Assembly: GCA_965277805.1 (NCBI GenBank)
Contig: OZ255842.1
Coordinates: 704,001 to 768,000 of the forward strand
Source: Candidatus Lustribacter sp.
Lineage (GTDB): Bacteria; Vulcanimicrobiota; Vulcanimicrobiia; Vulcanimicrobiales; Vulcanimicrobiaceae
Length of the DNA stretch: 64,000 bases
Reading direction: 5' to 3'
Of this stretch, positions 39,136-47,806 are shown piece by piece. Made by a program: the position numbers and the translations under genes. Position 1 is the stretch's first letter. Every line of letters begins with the position of its first letter. The notes under the pieces are model-generated. The model was not told the DNA's origin and did not search any database. It saw only the letters and a list, made by a program, of their open reading frames with translations.

Positions 39136-39897
39136 CTAAACGTCATGGATAACCGCCGACGCTCGTAACAGGCCGGTGAATTGCGTGCGGGCCACCGCGT
39201 AGCATTCGCAGGCAGCCTCTTCGAGGCCGGGCCGGTCGAGAACCTTGATGATGCCGTGCGCGTACTTGATGAAACCGGCTTTTTGCAACGTCGATGCGGC
39301 GATCGCCACCCCCGAGCGGCCCGTGCCGAGCATCATTGCGAGAAACTCTTGCGTTAGCGGTATCACGTCCGAGTCGACCCGGTCCCTGGTCATCAAGAGC
39401 CAACGCGCGCAACGCTCGTTGATGCTGTGTAGCCGATTGCATGCGGCAAGCTGTCCGAGCATGTTGACATAGGCTTGCAAATAACGGTCGAGCAACTGCC
39501 GGAACGCTGCATCGTTGGCGGCCAATTCGCGAAACACGTCGGCGGGAATTCGTATCGCCGTACCGCGGACTTGGCAATAACAGACGTTCGCCGTCGATGA
39601 GGCGCCCATCAGCAGCGGGAAGGCGGACATCCCCTCGCGTCCGATCGTCCCGATCTCAATTTGGCTCCCGTCGATCATGCGTGCGACCACCGACAGAACG
39701 CAGTCGAGCGGAAAGTAGACGTCGTTGATCGGTTCTTCGGCGTCGTAGATTGGCTGGCGCAACCCGACCGGCAACAGTTCGCCGCGTTCGAGAACGACGG
39801 CAATGCTCGACGAGCCGAGCGCGTGAAGGATGGCATTCTGCGCCAAAGACGCCGGGGTGATCGGGGGATTGCCGCGGGCGGCCCGTTTTACAACCAA
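39136..39897 (-). CDS. Crp/Fnr family transcriptional regulator
   Basis: GGAGG upstream of TTG. VYFP...V.S, E.G.IGREG, ACNRLH...ER.ARWLL and LTQEFLA.MLG..R..V. Confidence 0.9.
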   Translation of the reverse strand: MVVKRAARGNPPITPASLAQNAILHALGSSSIAVVLERGELLPVGLRQPIYDAEEPINDVYFPLDCVLSVVARMIDGSQIEIGTIGREGMSAFPLLMGASSTANVCYCQVRGTAIRIPADVFRELAANDAAFRQLLDRYLQAYVNMLGQLAACNRLHSINERCARWLLMTRDRVDSDVIPLTQEFLAMMLGTGRSGVAIAASTLQKAGFIKYAHGIIKVLDRPGLEEAACECYAVARTQFTGLLRASAVIHDV

Positions 39898-40010
39898 GGT
39901 AAGCGACCGCCTCCGAAATGCGATGTGCTCCCATCGTACCATGTAGAGAGGGGTTCTGCTGCATTCCATACAGACGCGCGGGCGAAACGTGCGTACGCTT
40001 GTCGAAGCGA

Positions 40011-40202
40011 ATGGATTACTTGATCTCGTGCTCCTGCGGCCACACGATCGAACAGCACGATTTTTACGACGGCTGCACTCGCTGTAGTTGCCGGCGCCAT
40101 CGGGGTGAGGCGATTGAGGCATTGATCGAAAAAATACGGGGCGAATCGCTGTCGCCGGCGTCATCGAATGCCACGGTACACGCCGGCTGGAAAAAAGCCT
40201 AG
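40011..40202 (+). CDS. Small Cys/His-rich hypothetical protein (63 aa, putative metal-binding)
   Basis: CSCGH....H....GC..C.C cluster. Ends 8 nt before the PP2C gene. Confidence 0.65.
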   Translation: MDYLISCSCGHTIEQHDFYDGCTRCSCRRHRGEAIEALIEKIRGESLSPASSNATVHAGWKKA

Positions 40203-40210
40203 GGCCTTTG

Positions 40211-40978
40211 ATGCTAGATCCGCTCGCGGCGGGCCCTTCTCAAGAGCCGTCGCTAACGCGCTTTAACGGCCTCGAGATCAGCTCGCGCATCATCCCGGCG
40301 GCGGGTGCCCCGCGCGGCGGGGATTGGTGCGACGTTTTCGCCGTCGACGATGACGTCCTCGCGCTCTCGATCGGTGATGTCTGCGGACACGGTGTCGAGA
40401 AGTTCGATGCGATGGTCGCCATGCGTCAAGCGATCCGTGATGCCGTGCTTCGCAAGCTCGATCCCGCTCAAACGCTCTCGCAGGTCAACATGTTCCTCAA
40501 TGAGTTCGATCCCGGTGAAATCATCACCGCGATCGTCGGGCTCATCGATACGCGCCGGCGCTCGATCGTCTACGCGAACGCCGGTCATCCGCCGCCGATC
40601 GTGGCCGGCCCATCCGGAGCGTCGTTTGTCGCGTCGGCCGAGCCTGACGTCCCGCTGGGGATCGAGCCCCATTTCACGCCGGCGATTCATGAGCTCAGCT
40701 TACCGGCTTCAACATTGATCGTTTTCTATACGGACGGCGTTACCGGGAGTACGCGCGACTCGCTGCAGGGCGATGCTCAGCTCTGCGCCGCAGCAAAGTT
40801 CGCGCGCGATTTTCCGGAGTTGCCGACGGCCGCGACGATCGAAGCCATGACGATCGCTGCCGGAAACTTTGACGATGTGGCCATCTTGACGGTCCGAACG
40901 CCGCTCTTCCCGATCCTTCGCAGTCGCGGTCCCAAACGACATGTCGCATCCCGTGTGCGGGTGCTCACCGGTGAGTGA
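40211..40978 (+). CDS. Stand-alone PP2C/SpoIIE-type phosphatase
   Basis: GGDWCD, IGDVCGHG, NAGHPPP, YTDG and DD.A. Confidence 0.9.
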   Translation: MLDPLAAGPSQEPSLTRFNGLEISSRIIPAAGAPRGGDWCDVFAVDDDVLALSIGDVCGHGVEKFDAMVAMRQAIRDAVLRKLDPAQTLSQVNMFLNEFDPGEIITAIVGLIDTRRRSIVYANAGHPPPIVAGPSGASFVASAEPDVPLGIEPHFTPAIHELSLPASTLIVFYTDGVTGSTRDSLQGDAQLCAAAKFARDFPELPTAATIEAMTIAAGNFDDVAILTVRTPLFPILRSRGPKRHVASRVRVLTGE

Positions 40979-41459
40979 CTGGGCGAGGGAGGTGAGCGCG
41001 GACGTGCTTGCCGTTTGTCCGTTTTCGATCGCGCAAGAGTACGCATCCGACTATTTTCGTCATGCCGAAGCAGGTCATGACGAAGCCGAAATACGCGTGC
41101 CGATTCGTTTCCTGCCGCCGATCGTTCGCCGGCGCGTCGAGTTGCGTTTTGGAATTCATTCCGACGGGACCGAGCCGGGCCGCACGCACGACGAGATCCG
41201 CGTGCGCTGGAGCAGCGGCACGTGGCTGCTTCCGGAATTCCATGGGTCCGTGCGGTTGCGCATCGCCGGGTCTGCGACGCGCGTGCTCGTCGACGGATCG
41301 TATCATGCGCCGTTCGGTTTCGTCGGCCGCGTCTTTGACAGCCTGATCGGCGAACATATCGCTCATGCGAGCGTGCGCGATCTCGCGCATCGCATTGCGG
41401 TTTATTTGGAAGAGCGCGAACGAGCCTGGCGAGCGCGGGTCTCCATAGCGACCCCCTGA
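40971..41459 (+). CDS. Hypothetical protein (possibly SRPBCC/START-like fold)
   Basis: GTG overlaps the upstream stop. P.F.G...L..., G.Y..P.G..G..FD...G..IA pattern. Confidence 0.65.
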   Translation: MSDWAREVSADVLAVCPFSIAQEYASDYFRHAEAGHDEAEIRVPIRFLPPIVRRRVELRFGIHSDGTEPGRTHDEIRVRWSSGTWLLPEFHGSVRLRIAGSATRVLVDGSYHAPFGFVGRVFDSLIGEHIAHASVRDLAHRIAVYLEERERAWRARVSIATP

Positions 41460-41506
41460 GGAATCTCCCGAAGGTCTGCGATCGTGCGCCGACGGAAATG
41501 CGCGAT

Positions 41507-42973
41507 ATGACGCGTTCGGGCTCCGACTACCTCGCATCCATCAAAGACGACGGACGTCAGGTCTTCATCGACGGAGCTTGCGTTCGCGACGTCACGACGC
41601 ATCCGGCCTTTCGCGAAGCGACCCGCTCGATCGCCGCCCTCTTCGATGTCATTGCCGATCCGGCGAATCGCGAGCTCCTTACCTTCCCTTCGCCGGCGAC
41701 CGGCGAGCCGGTCAGCTTGGCGTACCTGATCCCGCGCTCGAGCGAGGATCTTACAAAGCGGCGCAAGGCGCTGTGGCGGCTGGCCGAAGAGTCGTTCGGC
41801 TATATGGGACGCACGCCCGAGCACGTCGCCGCGTTCTTCACCGCGTTCGCCGGCGCGCCGAGCGTGTGGGCGAAGACGAAGCCGCTCTACTACGAAAACG
41901 TCGTCAAGTTCTACGAGAAGATGCGCGATGAGAGCTTGTACGTCGCCTACACGATCGTGCCGCCGCAGATCGACCGCTCGAAGCCCGCGCACCTGCAGAC
42001 CGACCCGACGCTGTACGCGGGCGTGGTTGAAGAGAAACCGGACGGCATCGTCGTCAAGGGTGCGCAGATGCTCGGCACGGGCGCCGCGCTCGCCGACTAC
42101 ATCCATCTGAGCTGCATTCACCCGCTGCAGCCCGGCGACGACAACTATGCCATTTCGGTAGCGATCCCGTGCAGCGCGCCGGGCGTGCGGATCTATTCGC
42201 GCCGCTCGTACGCGGAAGGCGCGACCAGCATGTTCGACTACCCGCTTGCCGCGCGCTTTGATGAGACCGACGCGCTGCTGGTCTATGACAACGTCTTCGT
42301 TCCGTGGGAACACGTCTTCATCTATAAGGACATCGCGCTGACGCGCGCGTCGTTCTTCGAATCGTCGGCCCATTTGCTCGGCAACAACCAGGCGCAGATC
42401 CGCTTCGCAGTCAAGATGAAATTCTTGGCCGGGCTCGTGCGCACGGTCGCCGAGACCACGGGCTCGATCTCGCTGCCGCCGGTTCAAGGCGCGCTGGGTG
42501 ATATCGCGTCGCTGGCGGCGCTGGTCGAAGGCCTCGTGCTCGCACAGGAAGCGCACTGCAAGCTCGACGCCGACGGCCTGATGCGCCCAGGTGCGCAGGA
42601 ACAGTACTCGCAAATGGTGTTACAGCCGGAACTGCACAACCGCATGCTCAATGCGATTCGCGATCTCGTCGGCGGCGGCGTGATCCAGTTGCCGTCATCG
42701 GTCGAGGACTTTGCGAATCCGGAAATCGCGGCCGACATCGAGCGCTACATCCAGTCGCCCGGTGCGCCTGCGAAGGAGCGCGTCAAACTGATGAAGCTCG
42801 TCTGGGACGCGCTCGGCTCGGAGTTTGCCGGGCGCCATGCCCAGTACGAAATGTTCTACGCCGGTGCACCCTTCGTCACCAAGGGTCACATGTATCGCAA
42901 CTACGATTTCAGCGGCGCGAAGGCGCTGGTCGAACGCGCGTTGGCGGGCTACGATTTGGACGGGCGACGCTAG
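41507..42973 (+). CDS. 4-hydroxyphenylacetate 3-hydroxylase (HpaB)-family flavin monooxygenase, oxygenase component
   Basis: G..YL.SI.DDGR.V..DG..V.DV..HPAF, GRTPEH, FDYPL..RFDE.D, VFVPWE and GSEF.GRH.QYE.FY.G. Confidence 0.92.
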   Translation: MTRSGSDYLASIKDDGRQVFIDGACVRDVTTHPAFREATRSIAALFDVIADPANRELLTFPSPATGEPVSLAYLIPRSSEDLTKRRKALWRLAEESFGYMGRTPEHVAAFFTAFAGAPSVWAKTKPLYYENVVKFYEKMRDESLYVAYTIVPPQIDRSKPAHLQTDPTLYAGVVEEKPDGIVVKGAQMLGTGAALADYIHLSCIHPLQPGDDNYAISVAIPCSAPGVRIYSRRSYAEGATSMFDYPLAARFDETDALLVYDNVFVPWEHVFIYKDIALTRASFFESSAHLLGNNQAQIRFAVKMKFLAGLVRTVAETTGSISLPPVQGALGDIASLAALVEGLVLAQEAHCKLDADGLMRPGAQEQYSQMVLQPELHNRMLNAIRDLVGGGVIQLPSSVEDFANPEIAADIERYIQSPGAPAKERVKLMKLVWDALGSEFAGRHAQYEMFYAGAPFVTKGHMYRNYDFSGAKALVERALAGYDLDGRR

Positions 42974-43947
42974 TGGAACGCGTTGCCGCTGCCGACCGGC
43001 CGGGACGCATCGACGTCCACTTTCATATGATCCCGCAGTTCTTTCGCGAAGCGGCGGAAGCCGCAGGCCGCCGGCCGGCGATCAGCAGCGGACTGCCGTC
43101 GTGGACGCCCGAATCGGCCGTGGGGCTCATGGACCGGGCGGCGATTGCGACCGCAATCACGTCCATCAGCGCGCCGGGCGTGCACTTCGGCGATGATCTC
43201 GCCGCGAAGAACCTCGCCCGGCAATGTAACGAGTACGCTGCCGGCCTCGCGCGCGAATTTCCGGGCCGCTTTGGAGGATTCGCCGTCCTGCCGCTGCCGC
43301 ATATCGAGTATTCGCTGGAGGAAGTCCGCTACGCGCTCGATACGTTGCACCTCGACGGCGTGCTGTTATTTGCGAATTGCCAAGGACGCTATCTCGGCGA
43401 CGCGCAGTTCGACCCGCTGCTCGAGGAACTCAACCGGCGGGGATGCATCGTGTTCATCCACCCCGCGCCGCATCCGGCCAACGCGTCGATCGGATTGGAT
43501 TTGCCGCAATTCGTGGTCGAGTACGTTTTCGACACGACGCGGGCGGCGACGAACATGCTCTTCAACCAAACCCTGACGCGCTTTCCGAACATCCGTTTTA
43601 TTTTAGCTCACGCCGGCGGCACGCTTCCGTATATCGCTTGGCGCGTCGCCAACTCGCCGCAGATCGACCCGAAGCGCTTCGGGGGCGTCACTGCGGCATC
43701 GATCCTCGAGCAGCTGAGCGGTTTCTGGTTTGATACCGCGCTCTCGCCCACCGCGCAAGCATTTGCCGGCGTGCGGAACGTTTGCGACGATAGCCACATC
43801 CTGTTCGGCAGCGATTGGCCATACGCGCCGGAGCAGTTGACCCACGCGTCGATCGCGGCTATCGAAGAAGAAGCCGGTATCGACGATGCCTTTAAAGACG
43901 CAATCAGGAGCGGGAACGCGCGCCGGCTGTTCGCGCGATTTCGCTAG
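42973..43947 (+). CDS. Amidohydrolase_2 family protein (ACMSD/6-methylsalicylate-decarboxylase-like)
   Basis: IDVHFH, FIHP, FDTTRA, LAHAGG and LFGSDWPY. GTG overlaps the upstream stop. Confidence 0.88.
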   Translation: MERVAAADRPGRIDVHFHMIPQFFREAAEAAGRRPAISSGLPSWTPESAVGLMDRAAIATAITSISAPGVHFGDDLAAKNLARQCNEYAAGLAREFPGRFGGFAVLPLPHIEYSLEEVRYALDTLHLDGVLLFANCQGRYLGDAQFDPLLEELNRRGCIVFIHPAPHPANASIGLDLPQFVVEYVFDTTRAATNMLFNQTLTRFPNIRFILAHAGGTLPYIAWRVANSPQIDPKRFGGVTAASILEQLSGFWFDTALSPTAQAFAGVRNVCDDSHILFGSDWPYAPEQLTHASIAAIEEEAGIDDAFKDAIRSGNARRLFARFR

Positions 43948-45172
43948 ACCCCGACGCCATCGCTAGCCCGGCACGCGAACGTGGGATTGCGAACACGAGC
44001 AGAATCACGACCCCGAGCGCGCAGCACGCGCTAAAGACGAAGGCGGAGCCGTAACTGACGGTGGAGGCGAGAAGTGCGAAGGCGATCGGTCCCAACGTTT
44101 GTCCGCCCTGGCCGGTGAATTGCCAGAGGCCGAGAAACGTTCCGCGCCCCTCGGGCGGTGCGACGTCGGCGCCGATCGTTTGCACGGAGCCGCCCGTGAG
44201 CGATTGCGTGACCACGGCTAAGAGAAACAGCGCCACGTACCAGTAAATGTCGAGCTGAAGGAAAGCGGAGACCGCCAGCGCGGCGAGGGCGCATGCGACC
44301 GCCAAGAATCCCGGTATCATCGTGCGCATGCGGCCCAACTTGTCGAGCAGCCAGCCCGCAGCGAATCCCAACGGCAAGGCGGTGACGGCGGCGGCGGTCG
44401 CGAGATAGCCGATCTGCACCGGTCCGAGACGGTATTGGAATGCCGCATAGAGATGGAAGAGATCCGCGAAGAACGGCCCGCGCGTCAGACCCGCAAAGAG
44501 CGCAACGCCGAAATAGGCGAGACGCGGAACGACGAGATCGCGCAGCGACTCGAGCAGGTTGATCCGCTTCGCATTCCCCGTCGCCGCAATGCGCCGCGGC
44601 GTGTCGCCGGCGAAGAGAACCGTCGGGACCAGTGCGGCCAGAGCCAGCAGCGCGTACGCGATGAACGGCGATCGAATCCCGAGATTGGCTGCGATGAGGC
44701 CGCCGATCATCGGGCCGACCAGCCGCCCGAGGTTGTCCATAGAATACATCCAGCTGATCTGCCGCCCGCGCTGATCCGGCGCCGCGCCGTGGCTGATGGC
44801 GGCGAGCCGCGAAACGAGCCACATTTGCTGCGCGAAGCCGCTCGCAAATCGCAACGCGAGCAAAACGGCAAACGACGACGTGTAGGCGATGCTGATCGCA
44901 GACACGGCAATGATGAGCGGGCCGGCGATGAGGACGGGGCGCCGGCCGAACCGGTCGACGAGCCATCCGGCGGGGATCGTGCCGCACAAGCTGCCGATCA
45001 GAAAAAACGTGATGACGCCGCTTGCGACGCCGAAGCTGACGTGGAACGAGCTTGCCAAGGCCGGTATTGCCGGCAACGCGATGCCGAGGCCGGTCGAGAG
45101 GATGAGGGCGGGCAGATACGTCGCGAGCAGCGCACGCCAGGAGAGCGCGGCTCCTGCGTCGTTCGGGGTCAT
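43904..45172 (-). CDS. MFS transporter
   Basis: Motif A in both halves (GWLVDRFGRR and GWLLDKLGR), about 12 hydrophobic segments. Confidence 0.9.
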   Translation of the reverse strand: MTPNDAGAALSWRALLATYLPALILSTGLGIALPAIPALASSFHVSFGVASGVITFFLIGSLCGTIPAGWLVDRFGRRPVLIAGPLIIAVSAISIAYTSSFAVLLALRFASGFAQQMWLVSRLAAISHGAAPDQRGRQISWMYSMDNLGRLVGPMIGGLIAANLGIRSPFIAYALLALAALVPTVLFAGDTPRRIAATGNAKRINLLESLRDLVVPRLAYFGVALFAGLTRGPFFADLFHLYAAFQYRLGPVQIGYLATAAAVTALPLGFAAGWLLDKLGRMRTMIPGFLAVACALAALAVSAFLQLDIYWYVALFLLAVVTQSLTGGSVQTIGADVAPPEGRGTFLGLWQFTGQGGQTLGPIAFALLASTVSYGSAFVFSACCALGVVILLVFAIPRSRAGLAMASGSSEIARTAGARSRS

Positions 45173-45271
45173 TGTCCGGGGAATTGGCGCCGCATCAGAT
45201 CGTTCCCGGGCAGGGTTGGTCCTCGGCCCCAGCGGGAACATGACCCTTATGTACGTACCCGCCATCGGGGT

Positions 45272-47341
45272 ATGATGAGCGTTGCTGACGCGCTTCCCGA
45301 AGACTGCGCCGAGATCGGCCGTTTTTTGCGTGGCGATACGAGAATCGGTCAAACCTTGGCAGCGAATCTCTTCGGCGGCTGCCGCCGCAGCGATCCGCTC
45401 TTCGAGCGGGCCCGGGAGATCGTCAACGCGTTGATCTCGGGGTTCGAGGCGGGGGCGGACGACTTCGCCGCGCTCGGCATGACGTTCGGATCCCATGCCG
45501 GCCGCTTGTCGCGGGACTCCCGTATGTCGCGCATCGAGTCGCTGATCGTCGACGTGCCGGATGCCCTCGAACCGCGTTTGCGTGCGACCGCGCGCATGTG
45601 CGTTGCGCGCTTCGTCGGCGGCTATCTCGCTAGCGTCATCAACGGAGATGCCGCCTGGGAGTATGAGTTCACCGCGGTCATCGTGCGCCGCCTCGGCACC
45701 GCGCGCTCGGGCCGTGAGATTGCGAACGTCGCCGTCGAAGCCGGCAAACGCAGACTCCACGTTGACGTCGCGTTCGTGTTCGAACGGCAAGAGGAGCAAT
45801 GGTCGCTCCTCGCCGAGCGAGGCCTGCGGTCGGTGCGCGACGGCCACGCCGTGTGGCGTCTGCCGGTCGACGCCGTCGAAGCGCTGGCCAGCGGCGAACC
45901 GATGGCGTTCGTCGGCTGGGACGATGCGCCGGCGGAGTTGCGCGCGTTCGCGCGCACCGAGGACCTCGCGACGGCGCTGCTCGTCCCGCTCATGGTGGAA
46001 GGCGAATGCGCGGCGCTGCTCTGCTACGGCCGCCGCGAGCCGGTGCCGTTTACTTCGCGCGAACGCGCATTCGCGGGGATCCTGTCGGCGCAAATCGGCG
46101 CGCGGTCGCGAGAACTCCGCGCGCAATCGCGCAGTCGCGAGGCGCTCGAGGCGTTGCGCGCGTCCGAGCTGCGAACACGCGAGCAGTTGCGCAAGACCGA
46201 GCGTGCCGCCGACGTGTTGCAGCGGGCTTACATCCCGCGCGCGCTGCCGTCCCATCAGCACCTTCGCTTCGATGCGATGTATCTTCCGGCGGGCGACGAA
46301 GCGCGCGTGGGCGGCGATTGGTACGACGCGTTCGAACTCGACGACGGGCGGCTCGTATTTTCCGTCGGCGACGTCGCGGGGCACGGGCTCGACGCCGCGG
46401 TGACGATGGGTTTCGTGCGCCAAGCCGTTCGCATTGCGGCCATCGCCACCCGCAGCCCGTCAGATATCCTCGTCACCGCAAACCGTGCGCTGCTCTCGCA
46501 ACAGCTCTCGCCGACGACCGCGATCGTCGGCGTCTATGACCCGGCCGAGCGCGCCGTGCACTATTCGTCGGCCGGGCACCCGCCGCCGATCTTCGTCGAT
46601 GCCGGCGGCCCACGCCCGCTGCCTCACGGCGGCCTTCCGCTCGGCGTCGTGGAGGTTGCGGAGTTCGCGGTCGAGCGAGTCGAACTCGAAGAACATACCG
46701 CGCTCGTTCTCTACACCGACGGATTGATCGAACAGCACCGGGACGTCATCGCCGGCCTCGATCGCTTGATCGCGGAGATCGGCCGGCTGCTCGCACGGCG
46801 CGGCGAACCCGAAAACTGGGCGGCCGTCATCGCCGAGCGCGTCCTCGACGGTCCGGCGAACGACGATCTTGCCGTGCTCGCGATCCGCGCGGTGGCTGCG
46901 TCGCGCGAATCCGGAATCAGTGCGGTGCAGACGCATCGCGACACGATCGCCTGGGATTTTCAGGCTGCCGACGCACGCGCGATCGCGCTCTGCCGAAACC
47001 ACTTCATGCGTTTTCTCGAACCGCTCGTTCAACCGGGCAGCGACTTGTTTGGGACGGAACTTGCGCTCGGAGAAGTGCTGACGAATGCGCTCGTGCACGC
47101 GCCGGGTTCGATGCACGTCGAGCTGAGCTGGGAGGGGAACACGCCCGTCGTTCAGGTGCGTGATTGCGGGCGCGGTGGTTTACCCAATGCTTCGCTACCG
47201 GCCGATGCGCTCAAGGAGAACGGCCGCGGAATGTTTTTGGTCGAACAGTTTACCGAACGCTGCAGCGTTACTCGAACGTTCGGCGGATCCACGGTTACGC
47301 TGTGGCTGGCACTCGAGCGAAGGGAGGAGACGATACCGTGA
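45272..47341 (+). CDS. Multidomain regulator: unknown N-domain + GAF + PP2C/SpoIIE + RsbW-like HATPase
   Basis: GAF (ALLVPL...), GGDWYD, GDV.GHG, YTDGL.E and DD, then E...NA..H, D.G.G and E.GRG.F. Start is uncertain. Confidence 0.88.
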   Translation: MMSVADALPEDCAEIGRFLRGDTRIGQTLAANLFGGCRRSDPLFERAREIVNALISGFEAGADDFAALGMTFGSHAGRLSRDSRMSRIESLIVDVPDALEPRLRATARMCVARFVGGYLASVINGDAAWEYEFTAVIVRRLGTARSGREIANVAVEAGKRRLHVDVAFVFERQEEQWSLLAERGLRSVRDGHAVWRLPVDAVEALASGEPMAFVGWDDAPAELRAFARTEDLATALLVPLMVEGECAALLCYGRREPVPFTSRERAFAGILSAQIGARSRELRAQSRSREALEALRASELRTREQLRKTERAADVLQRAYIPRALPSHQHLRFDAMYLPAGDEARVGGDWYDAFELDDGRLVFSVGDVAGHGLDAAVTMGFVRQAVRIAAIATRSPSDILVTANRALLSQQLSPTTAIVGVYDPAERAVHYSSAGHPPPIFVDAGGPRPLPHGGLPLGVVEVAEFAVERVELEEHTALVLYTDGLIEQHRDVIAGLDRLIAEIGRLLARRGEPENWAAVIAERVLDGPANDDLAVLAIRAVAASRESGISAVQTHRDTIAWDFQAADARAIALCRNHFMRFLEPLVQPGSDLFGTELALGEVLTNALVHAPGSMHVELSWEGNTPVVQVRDCGRGGLPNASLPADALKENGRGMFLVEQFTERCSVTRTFGGSTVTLWLALERREETIP

Positions 47342-47760
47342 GCGGACTGAACGAGCAGAGCGACATTCAAACGTGCCGCGAGCACCACGCGCATCTAGTG
47401 GATTTGCTGGCGAATCTGCCCGCGCTCGAGCCCGAAAATGCGGCGCCGTTGACCGAGCGGCTACGCTTGTTCAAGACCGTCTTGCTGCGTCATCTGCGTT
47501 TCGAGGACGATCAGCTCTACCCGCGTCTCCAGCGTTCCGCCGATCCGGTCGTCGTTGAAACCGCGACGCGCTATCAGCGCGAAATGGGCGGTTTGGCCGC
47601 GCAATGCGTTGCGTTCTTCGACGCGTGGGCAACGCCGCAAGCGGTTGAAAACGCGTTCGGTGCCTTTCTTACCGACTGGGCCGCCGTCCGTGTCGCGCTC
47701 GAACGGCGCATCCATGCCGAAGACACCGAACTCTACGAAATGGCCGAGCGCACAATTTGA
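47338..47760 (+). CDS. Hemerythrin/HHE-domain protein
   Basis: GGGAGGAG RBS and GTG overlapping the upstream stop. EHH, HL..ED..LYP and RI..ED..LY. Confidence 0.8.
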   Translation: MSGLNEQSDIQTCREHHAHLVDLLANLPALEPENAAPLTERLRLFKTVLLRHLRFEDDQLYPRLQRSADPVVVETATRYQREMGGLAAQCVAFFDAWATPQAVENAFGAFLTDWAAVRVALERRIHAEDTELYEMAERTI

Positions 47761-47806
47761 GCGGCATAGCGTGAGAACGTGCACGAGCCGTCGAACGGCG
47801 GCGCAC

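Noticed and set aside
43904-47341. Mutually overlapping giant ORFs (839 aa minus, 968 aa plus)
   Set aside because: Each extension is the antisense of the other real gene. The real starts are near 45172 (MFS) and 45272 (regulator).
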